From an uncultured Trueperaceae bacterium (GTDB lineage: Bacteria; Deinococcota; Deinococci; Deinococcales; Trueperaceae): a stretch of 64,000 bases of DNA. Of this stretch, positions 19,151 to 28,248 are shown one piece after another; positions within the stretch are counted from its first letter, which is position 1; every line of letters starts with the position of its first letter. A program made the position numbers and the translations under genes. The stretch is taken from assembly GCA_963799485.1 (NCBI GenBank), contig CAWCXJ010000006.1:576001-640000 (forward strand), written 5' to 3'. Under the pieces are notes generated by a model. It saw only the letters and a program-made list of their open reading frames with translations. It did no database searches and was not told the origin of the DNA.

Positions 19151-19460
19151 GTAAGGTCAAGGCTACCTAATCTGTGGGGTCAGGTCGGGACACCAGCCGA
19201 CACTTGGCGAGAATGCGCCCAACCGAGTTGCTGGAGTTTTTCGCTCGAGCCCCACTCACTTGCCCTATTACGGGTTGTTGTTCCCAGCAACAGTTAGGGT
19301 CGTATGGACTAGTACATAACAACACAGTACGTCCCCGGTCTCGCCCTGTAGAATAAGGACACGCTAAACACCGACATCTTCTCGGGTGTCCTTAGGCAGC
19401 AACACGCCAAGAGATGCAGATAAAAGGTACGCAGGAAAAAGGTACAAGGAAGGAACGTAA

Positions 19461-20360
19461 ATGCTAGACGGCCCGGCTCGGCCCAAAAGTAAACGCAAAG
19501 TCAACGTCGTTACGGTCGATGGGGCGCAGGTCAAACGCCGGGGCGACACCTTGGCGACCGAAGAACCTCTGGAAATTCGGTTGCTTGCCGGCAGTCGGCG
19601 GCAAAACGTCGTCCAAAATGTTGCCGTGACGATGCGGACGCCGGGGACGGATTTCGAGTTAGCCGCCGGGTTTTTGTACGGTGAGGGTATCGTCAAAAGC
19701 CGCGAAGACATCGTGCGGATGTCGTACTGCACCGAGGCCGAGCAGCGCTACAACACCGTAAACGTAACGCTGCGCGGCGCGATGCCCGATGTGGGGCGGC
19801 TCGAGCGGCACTTTACCACCACCTCGGCGTGCGGCGTTTGCGGCAAGGCGAGTTTGGAGAGTTTGGAGTTGCAAGCGTGCCCACTGCCCGACCCGACGTT
19901 TACGGTGAAGCCGGAGGTGATTACGTCACTCCCGGACAAACTGCGTCAGGCACAAGGCTTGTTCGACGCAACCGGTGGCCTGCACGCGGCGGCGCTGTTT
20001 AGCAAAACCGGTGAGCTGTTGGCGCTGCGTGAAGACGTCGGGCGACATAACGCGCTCGACAAACTCGTCGGCTGGGCGCTTTTAGAAGGCCTGCTGCCAC
20101 TTCGTGAACACATCGTTTTACTCAGCGGACGCGCCAGCTTCGAGCTGTTGCAAAAATCGCTGACGGCAGGCGTACCGCTCGTTTGCGCGGTGTCTGCGCC
20201 GAGCAGTCTCGCGGTTGCAGTCGCGCAGAACTTCAACCTGAGCTTGATTGGTTTTTTACGCGGCGCACGGTTTAACATCTATAGCGGAGAGGCTAGAATC
20301 GACTTGGGCGGCGACGAGCGCCGTAACGAACGCATTCACAGCAGCGCACAGGCGCGCTGA
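19461..20360 (+). CDS. fdhD: Formate dehydrogenase sulfurtransferase FdhD
   Basis: EEPLEI, MRTPG, SACGVCG and EDVGRHNALDK motifs. Confidence 0.96.
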   Translation: MLDGPARPKSKRKVNVVTVDGAQVKRRGDTLATEEPLEIRLLAGSRRQNVVQNVAVTMRTPGTDFELAAGFLYGEGIVKSREDIVRMSYCTEAEQRYNTVNVTLRGAMPDVGRLERHFTTTSACGVCGKASLESLELQACPLPDPTFTVKPEVITSLPDKLRQAQGLFDATGGLHAAALFSKTGELLALREDVGRHNALDKLVGWALLEGLLPLREHIVLLSGRASFELLQKSLTAGVPLVCAVSAPSSLAVAVAQNFNLSLIGFLRGARFNIYSGEARIDLGGDERRNERIHSSAQAR

Positions 20361-20408
20361 AGGGGACACAGTGGACGTTGAAAAAAAAGGGGACACAGTG
20401 GACGTTGA
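20360..20408 (+). repeat. 22-bp direct duplication of the RBS and start codon
   Basis: AAGGGGACACAGTGGACGTTGA at 20360 and 20387 (27-nt period, in frame). Confidence 0.9.
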
Positions 20409-22932
20409 GGATAAAACCGTCGAAGGCGCAAGGGTCAGCCCGTCTGCAGAGCAGGGTTCGCCCGAGCGCGCGCCCGACCATTACGAAGCTAAAAAGGGAC
20501 TCGAGGACACCACAAACGAGCACCCCGACAGTGAGGACTCGAGCGACGAAACAGGAATTTACGCGCAGCCACCCCCTGAGTTTACCGGCCTCAAAGTCAC
20601 GAAGCGTAAAACGACGGCTGCCGGGTTGCCCGCCGTAATGTCGAGCATGGAATACGCCATGCGTGAGACCGGCCCGGTTCGCGGCGCAAAACTGCTTTTA
20701 ACCATGAACCAAAAAGACGGTTTCGACTGCACCTCGTGTGCGTGGCCCGACCCGGACGAAGAGCGCTCGGTCGCCGAGTTTTGCGAAAACGGCGCAAAAG
20801 CCGTTCTCGACGAAGGCACCACGCGGCGCGTCACGCCGGAGTTTTTCAAAAAGCACTCGGTCGCTGAACTGTCGGAGCGTTCGGACTACTGGCTCAACCA
20901 TCAGGGCCGTTTGACCGAACCGCTGATTTTGCGCGAAGGCGGCACACACTACGAACCCATCGGCTGGCTAGAAGCGTTTGCCAAACTCGGCACTGAACTA
21001 AACGCGTTGTCGTCGCCTGATGAGGCCGTCTTCTACACCTCCGGGCGCGCGAGCAACGAGGCGGCGTTTTTGTACCAGCTTTTTGTAAGGCAGTACGGAA
21101 CCAACAACATGCCCGACTGCTCGAATATGTGTCATGAGTCTTCGGGTACGGCGCTCACCGAAACGCTCGGCCTCGGCAAGGGCTCGGTGACCTTAGAGGA
21201 TTTTTACTACACCGACTTGTTTATCATCATCGGTCAAAACCCCGGTACCAACCACCCCCGGATGATGAGCGCTTTGGCGCGCGGTAAACGCAACGGTGCC
21301 AAACTCATCGCGATTAACCCACTGCCTGAAGCCGGGCTCTTAAACTTCAAAAACCCGCAAGACTATCTGCATCCGACCAAAGCGCTGCGTCAAGAGGCGC
21401 ACCTCGCCGACTTGTTCGTCCCGGTGCGTATCGGCGGCGACGTCCCGCTCCTTAAAGGCGTGATGAAAGAGCTTTTGGAAGAAGAGGACAAACGCCCCGG
21501 CGAGGTGTTCGATCACACATTCATCAAAGAAAAGACCGAAGGCTTCGACGCGTTCGTCAAAGACCTGCGCGCTGAAGACTGGGACAAAATCGTTTTCGAA
21601 TCGGGTATCGGTCGGTCGCAACTCCGCGAAGTCGCCGAAATGGTGATGGCCAGTGAGCGCATCATCATCTGCTGGGCGATGGGCTTAACGCAGCACACGA
21701 ACGCGGTAAGCAGCATTCAGGAAATCGTCAACCTGCTCCTCTTAAAAGGCAGCGTCGGCAAACCCGGCGCAGGCACCTGCCCGGTACGCGGTCACTCGAA
21801 CGTCCAGGGCGACCGGACGATGGGGGTGTGGGAGCGTCCGCAAGCATCCTTTTTGGACGCGCTACAGCGTGAGTTCAACTTCGACCCGCCGCGCGAGCAC
21901 GGCTACGACACCGTTGAGGCCATTAAAGCGATGCACGAGGGCAAAGCGAAGGTCTTTTTAGCGCTCGGCGGGAACTTCTTGTCCGCGACGCCCGACACCG
22001 AATACACCGCCGAGGCGCTGCAAAACTGTACGCTGACGGCGCACATCTCGACGAAACTCAACCGGGCGCACCTCGTTCACGGCAAAGAAGCGCTCATCTT
22101 GCCGTGTCTGGGCCGCACTGAAGCCGATGAACAGGCGTCGGGGCCACAGTTTGTTACCGTAGAAAACTCGATGGGCGTCGTTCACGATTCGCAAGGGATG
22201 CTTAAACCGGCTTCGGACGAGCTTAAAAGTGAAGTCGCCATCATCGCCGGGATTGCCGAAGCGACGCTCAGGGGCCGCTCGACGGTCAACTGGGACACGC
22301 TTAAAGACGATTACAACCGGATTCGGGCGCACATCTCGAGGGTTATTCCCGGATGTGAAAACTACAATGAAAAAGTGCGCGGTGCCGGGTTTTACCTGCC
22401 GAACGGCCCCCGTGAAGGCGTCTTTACCACCGATACCGAAAAGGCCAAGTTTACGGTTCACCAGATTCCCGAGCGCCCGCTTGAAGACGGTCAGTTCGTG
22501 ATGATGTCGATTCGCACGCACGACCAGTTCAACACGGTCGTTTACGGCCTCGACGATCGCTACCGAGGCATCAAAAACGAACGCCGCGTGATTATGCTGA
22601 ACCCGGGCGACATGGCGGAAGCCGGGATTGATGAAGGCGACGTGCTCGACTTGACAAGCCACTTCAACGGTGAAACGCGCGTTGCCGAGCGGTTTATTGC
22701 GGTGCCGTATCCGATTCCGAGCCGCTGCGCCGCAACGTATTTTCCCGAGACGAACGTCCTGGTGCCGATTGGCAGCGTCGCGGAAAAGAGCAACACGCCG
22801 GTCTCTAAATACGTCGTGATTACGCTTGCGCCGACGCAGTATAAAGGCAAGTTCGATCCCGAGTATCAGAAGGGCAAATCCGAGGAGGCCCAAGAGGTCG
22901 AGCAGGGCCGCCCTGCGCCTGCGTATGCCTGA
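20398..22932 (+). CDS. FdhF/YdeP-family molybdopterin oxidoreductase (start GTG 20371 or 20398)
   Basis: GFDCTSCAWPD, FCENGAKA, PDCSNMCHESSG and RGHSNVQGDRT motifs. Confidence 0.93.
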   Translation: MDVEDKTVEGARVSPSAEQGSPERAPDHYEAKKGLEDTTNEHPDSEDSSDETGIYAQPPPEFTGLKVTKRKTTAAGLPAVMSSMEYAMRETGPVRGAKLLLTMNQKDGFDCTSCAWPDPDEERSVAEFCENGAKAVLDEGTTRRVTPEFFKKHSVAELSERSDYWLNHQGRLTEPLILREGGTHYEPIGWLEAFAKLGTELNALSSPDEAVFYTSGRASNEAAFLYQLFVRQYGTNNMPDCSNMCHESSGTALTETLGLGKGSVTLEDFYYTDLFIIIGQNPGTNHPRMMSALARGKRNGAKLIAINPLPEAGLLNFKNPQDYLHPTKALRQEAHLADLFVPVRIGGDVPLLKGVMKELLEEEDKRPGEVFDHTFIKEKTEGFDAFVKDLRAEDWDKIVFESGIGRSQLREVAEMVMASERIIICWAMGLTQHTNAVSSIQEIVNLLLLKGSVGKPGAGTCPVRGHSNVQGDRTMGVWERPQASFLDALQREFNFDPPREHGYDTVEAIKAMHEGKAKVFLALGGNFLSATPDTEYTAEALQNCTLTAHISTKLNRAHLVHGKEALILPCLGRTEADEQASGPQFVTVENSMGVVHDSQGMLKPASDELKSEVAIIAGIAEATLRGRSTVNWDTLKDDYNRIRAHISRVIPGCENYNEKVRGAGFYLPNGPREGVFTTDTEKAKFTVHQIPERPLEDGQFVMMSIRTHDQFNTVVYGLDDRYRGIKNERRVIMLNPGDMAEAGIDEGDVLDLTSHFNGETRVAERFIAVPYPIPSRCAATYFPETNVLVPIGSVAEKSNTPVSKYVVITLAPTQYKGKFDPEYQKGKSEEAQEVEQGRPAPAYA

Positions 22933-23094
22933 TGCCAGCCTCTTGATCTAAATGTCCAAGCCTGGGCCGCAGAGTAGTTTGTGTCCAGGCTTTTTGCTGG
23001 TCGGGATTTCGGTATTCTGCTAGGTTTTCGCTTTACAAAACAGCTATACTAGGGACGCTTAACCAATTTTCAGAAGGCCTACAAGGGAGTTCGC

Positions 23095-24510
23095 ATGTCT
23101 TTTTTGAGCCGTGACCGTTCGGTCGCTAAACCGGGGTTCAGCCGTTGGCTGGTGCCGCCTGCGGCGCTCGCCGTGCATCTGTCTATCGGGCAGATTTACG
23201 CCTACAGCGTCTTCAATGAGCCGATGTCGCGACTTTTGGGCGTCGGCGAGACTGCGCCGGGAGACTGGAGCTTAGCCACCATCGGCTGGATTTTTACGAT
23301 AGCGCTGGCGGTGCTGGGTGCGTCGGCGGCGGTTTTTGGGAAGTGGCTCGAGCGCGTCGGCCCGCGGATGGCGATGTTCGTCTCCGCCTGCTGTTTCGGC
23401 GGCGGCTTTCTGGTCGCGGCGTATGGTGTGTCTATCCATAACATCTGGCTCGTCTATCTCGGTAATGGGGTGCTGGGCGGTATCGGACTGGGGCTCGGCT
23501 ACATCTCGCCGGTTTCGACGCTTATCAAGTGGTTTCCCGATAGGCCGGGCCTTGCCACGGGCATGGCGATTATGGGTTTCGGTGGCGGCGCGATGATCGC
23601 TTCGCCCCTCTCGGTCGCGCTGATGAACCGCTTTTCTACTGCAACCTCGGTCGGCGTTGCACCGACGCTCTTTACGATGGGCATCATCTACTTCGTTTTT
23701 ATGATGTTCGGTGTGTTTACCGTGCGCGTACCCCCGGCAAACTGGAAACCTGCGGGTTACGTTGCGCCCACCGCGAGCAAAAAACTTGTAACCAACGCCA
23801 ATGTAGACGCCGACACTGCCGTTCGCACCCCGCAATTCTGGCTGCTTTTCGCGGTTCTTAGCCTCAACGTTACTGCCGGTATCGGCGTACTCGGGCAAGC
23901 CTCGGTGATGATTCAAGAGATGTTTTCCACCGCTTCAGTAGGTCAAGCGGCGGCGGTGACAGCCGCCGCCGCCGCCGGTTTTGTCGGGCTCCTCAGCCTG
24001 TTCAACATGGCGGGGCGCTTTTTCTGGGCGTCGGTCTCGGACTATATCGGGCGCAAAAACACCTACAGCATCTTTTTCGTCCTCGGCGCAATCCTTTACT
24101 TTCTCGTTCCGACGTTCGGCAACCAGGGCAATGTGTTTTTATTCGTCGCCAGCTTTTGCGTCATCCTGACGATGTACGGCGGCGGTTTTGCGACGATTCC
24201 CGCCTATTTGCGCGACCTTTTCGGCACGTTGCAAGTCGGCGCGATTCACGGGCGCTTGCTGCTCGCCTGGTCGGTCGCAGCGGTGGTCGGGCCGGTGCTG
24301 ATCAACTACATCCGGCAAGGCCAGATTAACAGCGGCGTTCCGGCAGCGCAGGCGTACTCGGTGACGATGTACATCATGGCGGGGCTGCTCGTCGTCGGTT
24401 TTATCTGCAACCTGTTAGTGCGCGAGGTCGATTCGCGTTTTCACGTTCAGGAACCCAAGATGGCGGCAACCCCGAAAGCGTCGGCGGTTGCCGCCGCGGG
24501 CGACGCTTAG
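23095..24510 (+). CDS. OFA-family MFS transporter (oxalate/formate antiporter-like)
   Basis: About 12 TM segments; GQIYAYSVF, LIKWFPDRPGLATG and YGGGFATIPAYL motifs. Confidence 0.93.
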   Translation: MSFLSRDRSVAKPGFSRWLVPPAALAVHLSIGQIYAYSVFNEPMSRLLGVGETAPGDWSLATIGWIFTIALAVLGASAAVFGKWLERVGPRMAMFVSACCFGGGFLVAAYGVSIHNIWLVYLGNGVLGGIGLGLGYISPVSTLIKWFPDRPGLATGMAIMGFGGGAMIASPLSVALMNRFSTATSVGVAPTLFTMGIIYFVFMMFGVFTVRVPPANWKPAGYVAPTASKKLVTNANVDADTAVRTPQFWLLFAVLSLNVTAGIGVLGQASVMIQEMFSTASVGQAAAVTAAAAAGFVGLLSLFNMAGRFFWASVSDYIGRKNTYSIFFVLGAILYFLVPTFGNQGNVFLFVASFCVILTMYGGGFATIPAYLRDLFGTLQVGAIHGRLLLAWSVAAVVGPVLINYIRQGQINSGVPAAQAYSVTMYIMAGLLVVGFICNLLVREVDSRFHVQEPKMAATPKASAVAAAGDA

Positions 24511-24523
24511 GAGGCGGATAACT

Positions 24524-24679
24524 ATGGCGAAAAAAGTCACTGTACAACCCGAACCGAGCCAAGAAGATTTCGAAGGTACGCCTACCGCGCGCCTGATTCT
24601 CGCTTGGGCGGTGGTCGGCGTGCCACTGCTTTACGGTGTCACCCAGGTTTTCTTAAAGTCGCTCGCGCTGTTTCAGTAG
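24524..24679 (+). CDS. Small membrane protein accompanying the OFA transporter
   Basis: SD AGGAGG; LAWAVVGVPLLYGV...K.LALF pattern typical of the small ORF after OFA genes. Confidence 0.8.
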   Translation: MAKKVTVQPEPSQEDFEGTPTARLILAWAVVGVPLLYGVTQVFLKSLALFQ

Positions 24680-24987
24680 TCTACTGGTTCGCAGGATGGC
24701 CTCGAGCTGTCCTGCGAGTCTTTATGTGTCCAGTGTCCGCTCTGTCCGCCGTGCCAGCTATAATCCTCTAGCTTTTCGGCTCGGGGCACACCTGCTAGCG
24801 TTTCCAAAACGGTTTCCAGCGGGACGCGGTAGGCGAAGCGGGTTTTTAGGTACCACAGCTCGAGGCCCCCTCTCAACTTGTCCCGGTTGTCGAGTGGCAA
24901 GCCCAAACGTAGCGCGTAGGTGAGCGCCTTGTTGACCGCCGCGTCGAAGAGTTCCGGGCGAGACGAGGGTGAAGGGGACACGGTCAC
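24673..24987 (-). CDS. Hypothetical protein
   Basis: GTGA overlap with the upstream phosphatase gene; globular composition. Confidence 0.7.
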   Translation of the reverse strand: MTVSPSPSSRPELFDAAVNKALTYALRLGLPLDNRDKLRGGLELWYLKTRFAYRVPLETVLETLAGVPRAEKLEDYSWHGGQSGHWTHKDSQDSSRPSCEPVDY

Positions 24988-25667
24988 GCGAGATCTCCTT
25001 CAGCCGGTGTGCCTGCGACGAACGCCGCCGCCTTACCGTAAAGGTGTTCTGCCGAGGCCCAGCGCTCGAGTTCTAAGTGCAGCCTACCGTCCTCCAACGA
25101 AGCTGTAAGTTCGCCCACCGCGCAGTTATGGTGAGCCGTGCGCTGGAGCAGTTCCCGGTCTAGCTCGGGGATAAGGCTCAGAAGCGGGAGCGATAAGCTG
25201 CCGCCGTGCGCGACAAGTACGAGCGTTTCGCCGTCACGGTTACGGCACATCGTCTCGTAGCCTCGGCGTACTCGGCGGACGAGTTCAAGGTAGTTTTCGC
25301 CCTCCGGAAACCGGGCTTCGTGGTCTCCCTCGGCCCACGCCCAGACGATGGCGTCGTGTTGTTTCCAGGTGGCGGCGCTCGGGGGTTGCGTTTCTAAGCT
25401 GCCGACATCGAGTTCGCGGAAATGCTCGAGCACGCTCACTTCGCCACCAACTTTTGCGGCGATAATCTCTGCCGTCTCATAGGCCCGCTTCAAGGGTGAG
25501 CTGAAGACCTGCGTAACCGGAAACGTGCGTAAATGCTCGGCTGTCTGTACGGCCTGAAGCCTGCCTTTTACGGTGAGCGGATAATCCACCAACCGGTGCG
25601 AAAACTCTTTGGTCAAGTTCGCCTGATTTTCACCGTGCCGAACTAAAAATATTCGGTTTACTCCCAT
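24984..25667 (-). CDS. Histidine phosphatase (PGM) family protein
   Basis: LVRHGE, SSPLKRAYETA and LVAHGG motifs. Confidence 0.92.
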   Translation of the reverse strand: MGVNRIFLVRHGENQANLTKEFSHRLVDYPLTVKGRLQAVQTAEHLRTFPVTQVFSSPLKRAYETAEIIAAKVGGEVSVLEHFRELDVGSLETQPPSAATWKQHDAIVWAWAEGDHEARFPEGENYLELVRRVRRGYETMCRNRDGETLVLVAHGGSLSLPLLSLIPELDRELLQRTAHHNCAVGELTASLEDGRLHLELERWASAEHLYGKAAAFVAGTPAEGDLA

Positions 25668-25669
25668 GT

Positions 25670-26758
25670 TTAGCCCCGTCCCCGCGCTTCGTAGCCGGCA
25701 GCGGTCAGCGCCCGCGTTCCCTCTCTGAGTCCCTCTTCACTGTCGAACGCCAACCGGAGCGCCCCCCCGGCTTCGCGGATGGATAAAACTTCGATGTCCT
25801 TGACGTTGACCTCGGCTTCGCCTAGCGCGTGCGTGATTCGGGCCAATTCGCCGGGTCGGTCGGGCACCGCGATAACGACTTCAAAGCGGGCCGGGAGGAG
25901 GCTGCGTTTGACGATGGGGAAGGCGTCGCGGGCGCGTTTGGCGGCTTCGACGCGCCCCAGCATCGTGTCGGGGTGCTCTAAGAGCGCCTCGAGTTCATCC
26001 AAGTGTTTCCGAAAAAAAGCCAGCGCCCCCCGAAGCGCCTCTTTGTTGCCGACCACCATGTCGCGGCTCATCCGGGGACTGCCCGAGGCGACGCGGGTCA
26101 GGTCGCGGAAACCGCCCGCCGCTAAGAGCATCATCAGGTCGCGGTTTTCGTCTTGCGCGGCGAGTTCGGTCAGCGCGACCGCGCTCAGGTAGGGCAAGTG
26201 ACTTACGGCGGCGACGAGGCGGTCGTGCTGTTCGGGCGAGGCCGTCAGCGGTACGGCACCGAGCTGTTCGACATAGGTACGGACGCGCGCCAGCGCTTCG
26301 GCGTCGGTGTGGGTGTCCGGCGTCAAGACCCAGACGGCGTTTTCCAGCAAGGCGGCGTCCGCGTAAAGCACCCCGACGCGTTCACTCCCCGCCATTGGAT
26401 GCCCGCCGACAAAGCGTAAATGAGCGAGGTCGGCGCAGACCGCGCCTTTGATACTGCCGACGTCGGTAAAGATGGTGTCAGGCCCCGTAAAATGGGCGAG
26501 TTCACGCGCCGATGATACGAGCGTTCCGGCAGGGGAGGCCAAGACGATAAGGTCGGCCTCTGCCAGCCACGCACCGGGGTGGAGTTGCGCTTCGTCGATA
26601 ACACCCAGGCCGCGGGCGGCCTCGAGCGCCCTCGGGTCATAGTCGAACCCGATAACCTTGTCGGCTAAAAACCGCTGCCGCGTGCCGAGCCCGACGGAAC
26701 CGCCGATAAGTCCGACACCGGCAATCACGACCGTGCCGAAAAGTGCTTTAGGCCGCAT
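25670..26758 (-). CDS. tyrA: Prephenate dehydrogenase with an ACT domain
   Basis: GVGLIGGS, DVGSIK, GGHPMAGSE, HD...SHLP, GFRDLTRVAS and a C-terminal ACT (VPDRPGEL). Confidence 0.93.
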   Translation of the reverse strand: MRPKALFGTVVIAGVGLIGGSVGLGTRQRFLADKVIGFDYDPRALEAARGLGVIDEAQLHPGAWLAEADLIVLASPAGTLVSSARELAHFTGPDTIFTDVGSIKGAVCADLAHLRFVGGHPMAGSERVGVLYADAALLENAVWVLTPDTHTDAEALARVRTYVEQLGAVPLTASPEQHDRLVAAVSHLPYLSAVALTELAAQDENRDLMMLLAAGGFRDLTRVASGSPRMSRDMVVGNKEALRGALAFFRKHLDELEALLEHPDTMLGRVEAAKRARDAFPIVKRSLLPARFEVVIAVPDRPGELARITHALGEAEVNVKDIEVLSIREAGGALRLAFDSEEGLREGTRALTAAGYEARGRG

Positions 26759-26778
26759 GTCGGCTTAAAAGAAACGCA

Positions 26779-26931
26779 CTATTCGGGTTCGTCGTCTAGC
26801 CGGTCTAATTGCTCGAGCTCGTCTTGGTAGAGCTCGGTGTCTTCCTCGAGCAGTTCGTCGTCGCCCAGTTCGTCGCCCAGTTCGTTGTAGGTGTCGCCGT
26901 CGAAATCTTCGGGGTTGTGTCGGTCGTCCAT
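26779..26931 (-). CDS. 50-aa highly acidic microprotein (not in the ORF track)
   Basis: MDDRHNPEDFDGDTYNELGDELGDDELLEEDTELYQDELEQLDRLDDEPE; TAAACT -10 7 nt before ATG; fills the gap before tyrA. Confidence 0.75.
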   Translation of the reverse strand: MDDRHNPEDFDGDTYNELGDELGDDELLEEDTELYQDELEQLDRLDDEPE

Positions 26932-26992
26932 AAAAGACAGTTTAAGCCGAATCGGTGCGCGCTTCTATGAGCGTGTTGGTACGTCTCAACTG

Positions 26993-27727
26993 CTAGGCGT
27001 GGACGAGCGAAACGTCTTCAACCGCCTGCATGAACGCCGCAAAAGGTGCGATTTGCTCGGGTTGCGCCTGAAAGCTCATCTCCGGATGCCACTGCACACC
27101 CAGCACGAACGAGCCGTCGGTGTTTTCGATAGCTTCGGTGAGGCCGTCCGCGCTTCGCCCGACCACTTTAAGACCTTGTCCCGGGTTGGCGACCGCCTGG
27201 TGATGGTACGAGTTCGTGCGGACGCGTTCTGCGCCGAAGGCGTGGGCCAGGGCTGAACCGGGCTCGAGCGCTACCCCGTGCGAGGGCGCGCCGCCAATCT
27301 CTAACTGTTCGTGCTGAATGGTATTGGGGAGCGCCGGAACATGTTGGTGCAAGCTGCCGCCCGCTGCCACGCTGATAAGCTGATGCCCGCGGCAAACCCC
27401 CAAGACCGGCACCCCTTTGGCCCTTGCCGCGTGATAAAGTGCCATCTCAAAGCGGTCACGCTCGAGGTTGACGAGGCCCAACAAGGGGTGCGGTTCCGCG
27501 CCGAAAAAGCCTGGGTCGACATCGACGCCGCCAGTTAGCAAAAGCCCGTCTGCGTCCTCGAGATAGGTTTCGGCAAGTTCGGGTTCCAAATTGCCGACCA
27601 TCAGCGGCAAACCGCCGAGCTGTGCGACGGCTGCGTTGTAGTTGAGGCCGGTTACAGCGTCGGTGCGGCGGAGTCCGGTAGCGCGAAAAACGGATGAGGT
27701 GCTGACGAGGATGCGGGGGCGTCTCAT
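26993..27727 (-). CDS. Peptidase C26 / gamma-glutamyl-GABA hydrolase family
   Basis: LTGGVDVDP, GVCRGHQ, NSYHHQAV and GVQWHPE motifs. Start MRRPRIL. Confidence 0.93.
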   Translation of the reverse strand: MRRPRILVSTSSVFRATGLRRTDAVTGLNYNAAVAQLGGLPLMVGNLEPELAETYLEDADGLLLTGGVDVDPGFFGAEPHPLLGLVNLERDRFEMALYHAARAKGVPVLGVCRGHQLISVAAGGSLHQHVPALPNTIQHEQLEIGGAPSHGVALEPGSALAHAFGAERVRTNSYHHQAVANPGQGLKVVGRSADGLTEAIENTDGSFVLGVQWHPEMSFQAQPEQIAPFAAFMQAVEDVSLVHA

Positions 27728-27798
27728 GAGCTTTAGCCTATCACCTGCGCCGAAAGTTTCGGTGTCTTTTACGGCATATTTCAAGCGGGCAGGGGAGT

Positions 27799-28248
27799 TT
27801 ACCGCTGGTCCGGGGGTAGCTGAGCAGCTTGTTCGTGCAGATGTCTGCCTAAACCCTCGAGTAGACTCAGCACCGCGTAAAGTCCGCGCCGCACCCCGGG
27901 GTCGTTGAGTTTACCGAGGAGTGCGAGCTGCGAAGGTGGGTCGTGGTGCAAGCTCTCGTGCGCCGCCGCCAGACCCTTTTGCGTGCCGGTCAAAAACGCC
28001 TGCGCCGCGTCCGCGTCGGTTTCAGTGAGCGCCTTGAGCAATACCGTCAAGGTTCCCAAGGCGTTTTCACCTTTTTGAGACTCGAGCTGTCCGAGCGCCA
28101 CACTCAAAACGCCGTCAGACTGTCCGACAAGACCGTTTAGGAGGCGCAACACGCCGCGTTCGTGCAGCGTTTGCAACAGGCGCTCCAGGTCGTCTCGTGC
28201 AGTGTCTTGCGGAACCGGCGTGGGGGTATAGGTCAGCGGTTTCGCCAT
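27799..28248 (-). CDS. DUF1641/YjgD-like accessory protein
   Basis: TGATG-coupled to the fdh alpha gene; MAKPL start and DPGVRRGL C-terminal motif. Confidence 0.8.
   Translation of the reverse strand: MAKPLTYTPTPVPQDTARDDLERLLQTLHERGVLRLLNGLVGQSDGVLSVALGQLESQKGENALGTLTVLLKALTETDADAAQAFLTGTQKGLAAAHESLHHDPPSQLALLGKLNDPGVRRGLYAVLSLLEGLGRHLHEQAAQLPPDQR

Noticed and set aside
19150..19460. Moco riboswitch between moaA and fdhD
   Set aside because: No recognisable Moco-motif consensus seen.
21958..22893. Long antisense ORFs (also 40672-41688, 34854-35603, 1480-2133 and others)
   Set aside because: Shadow frames of real GC-rich genes with no motifs.
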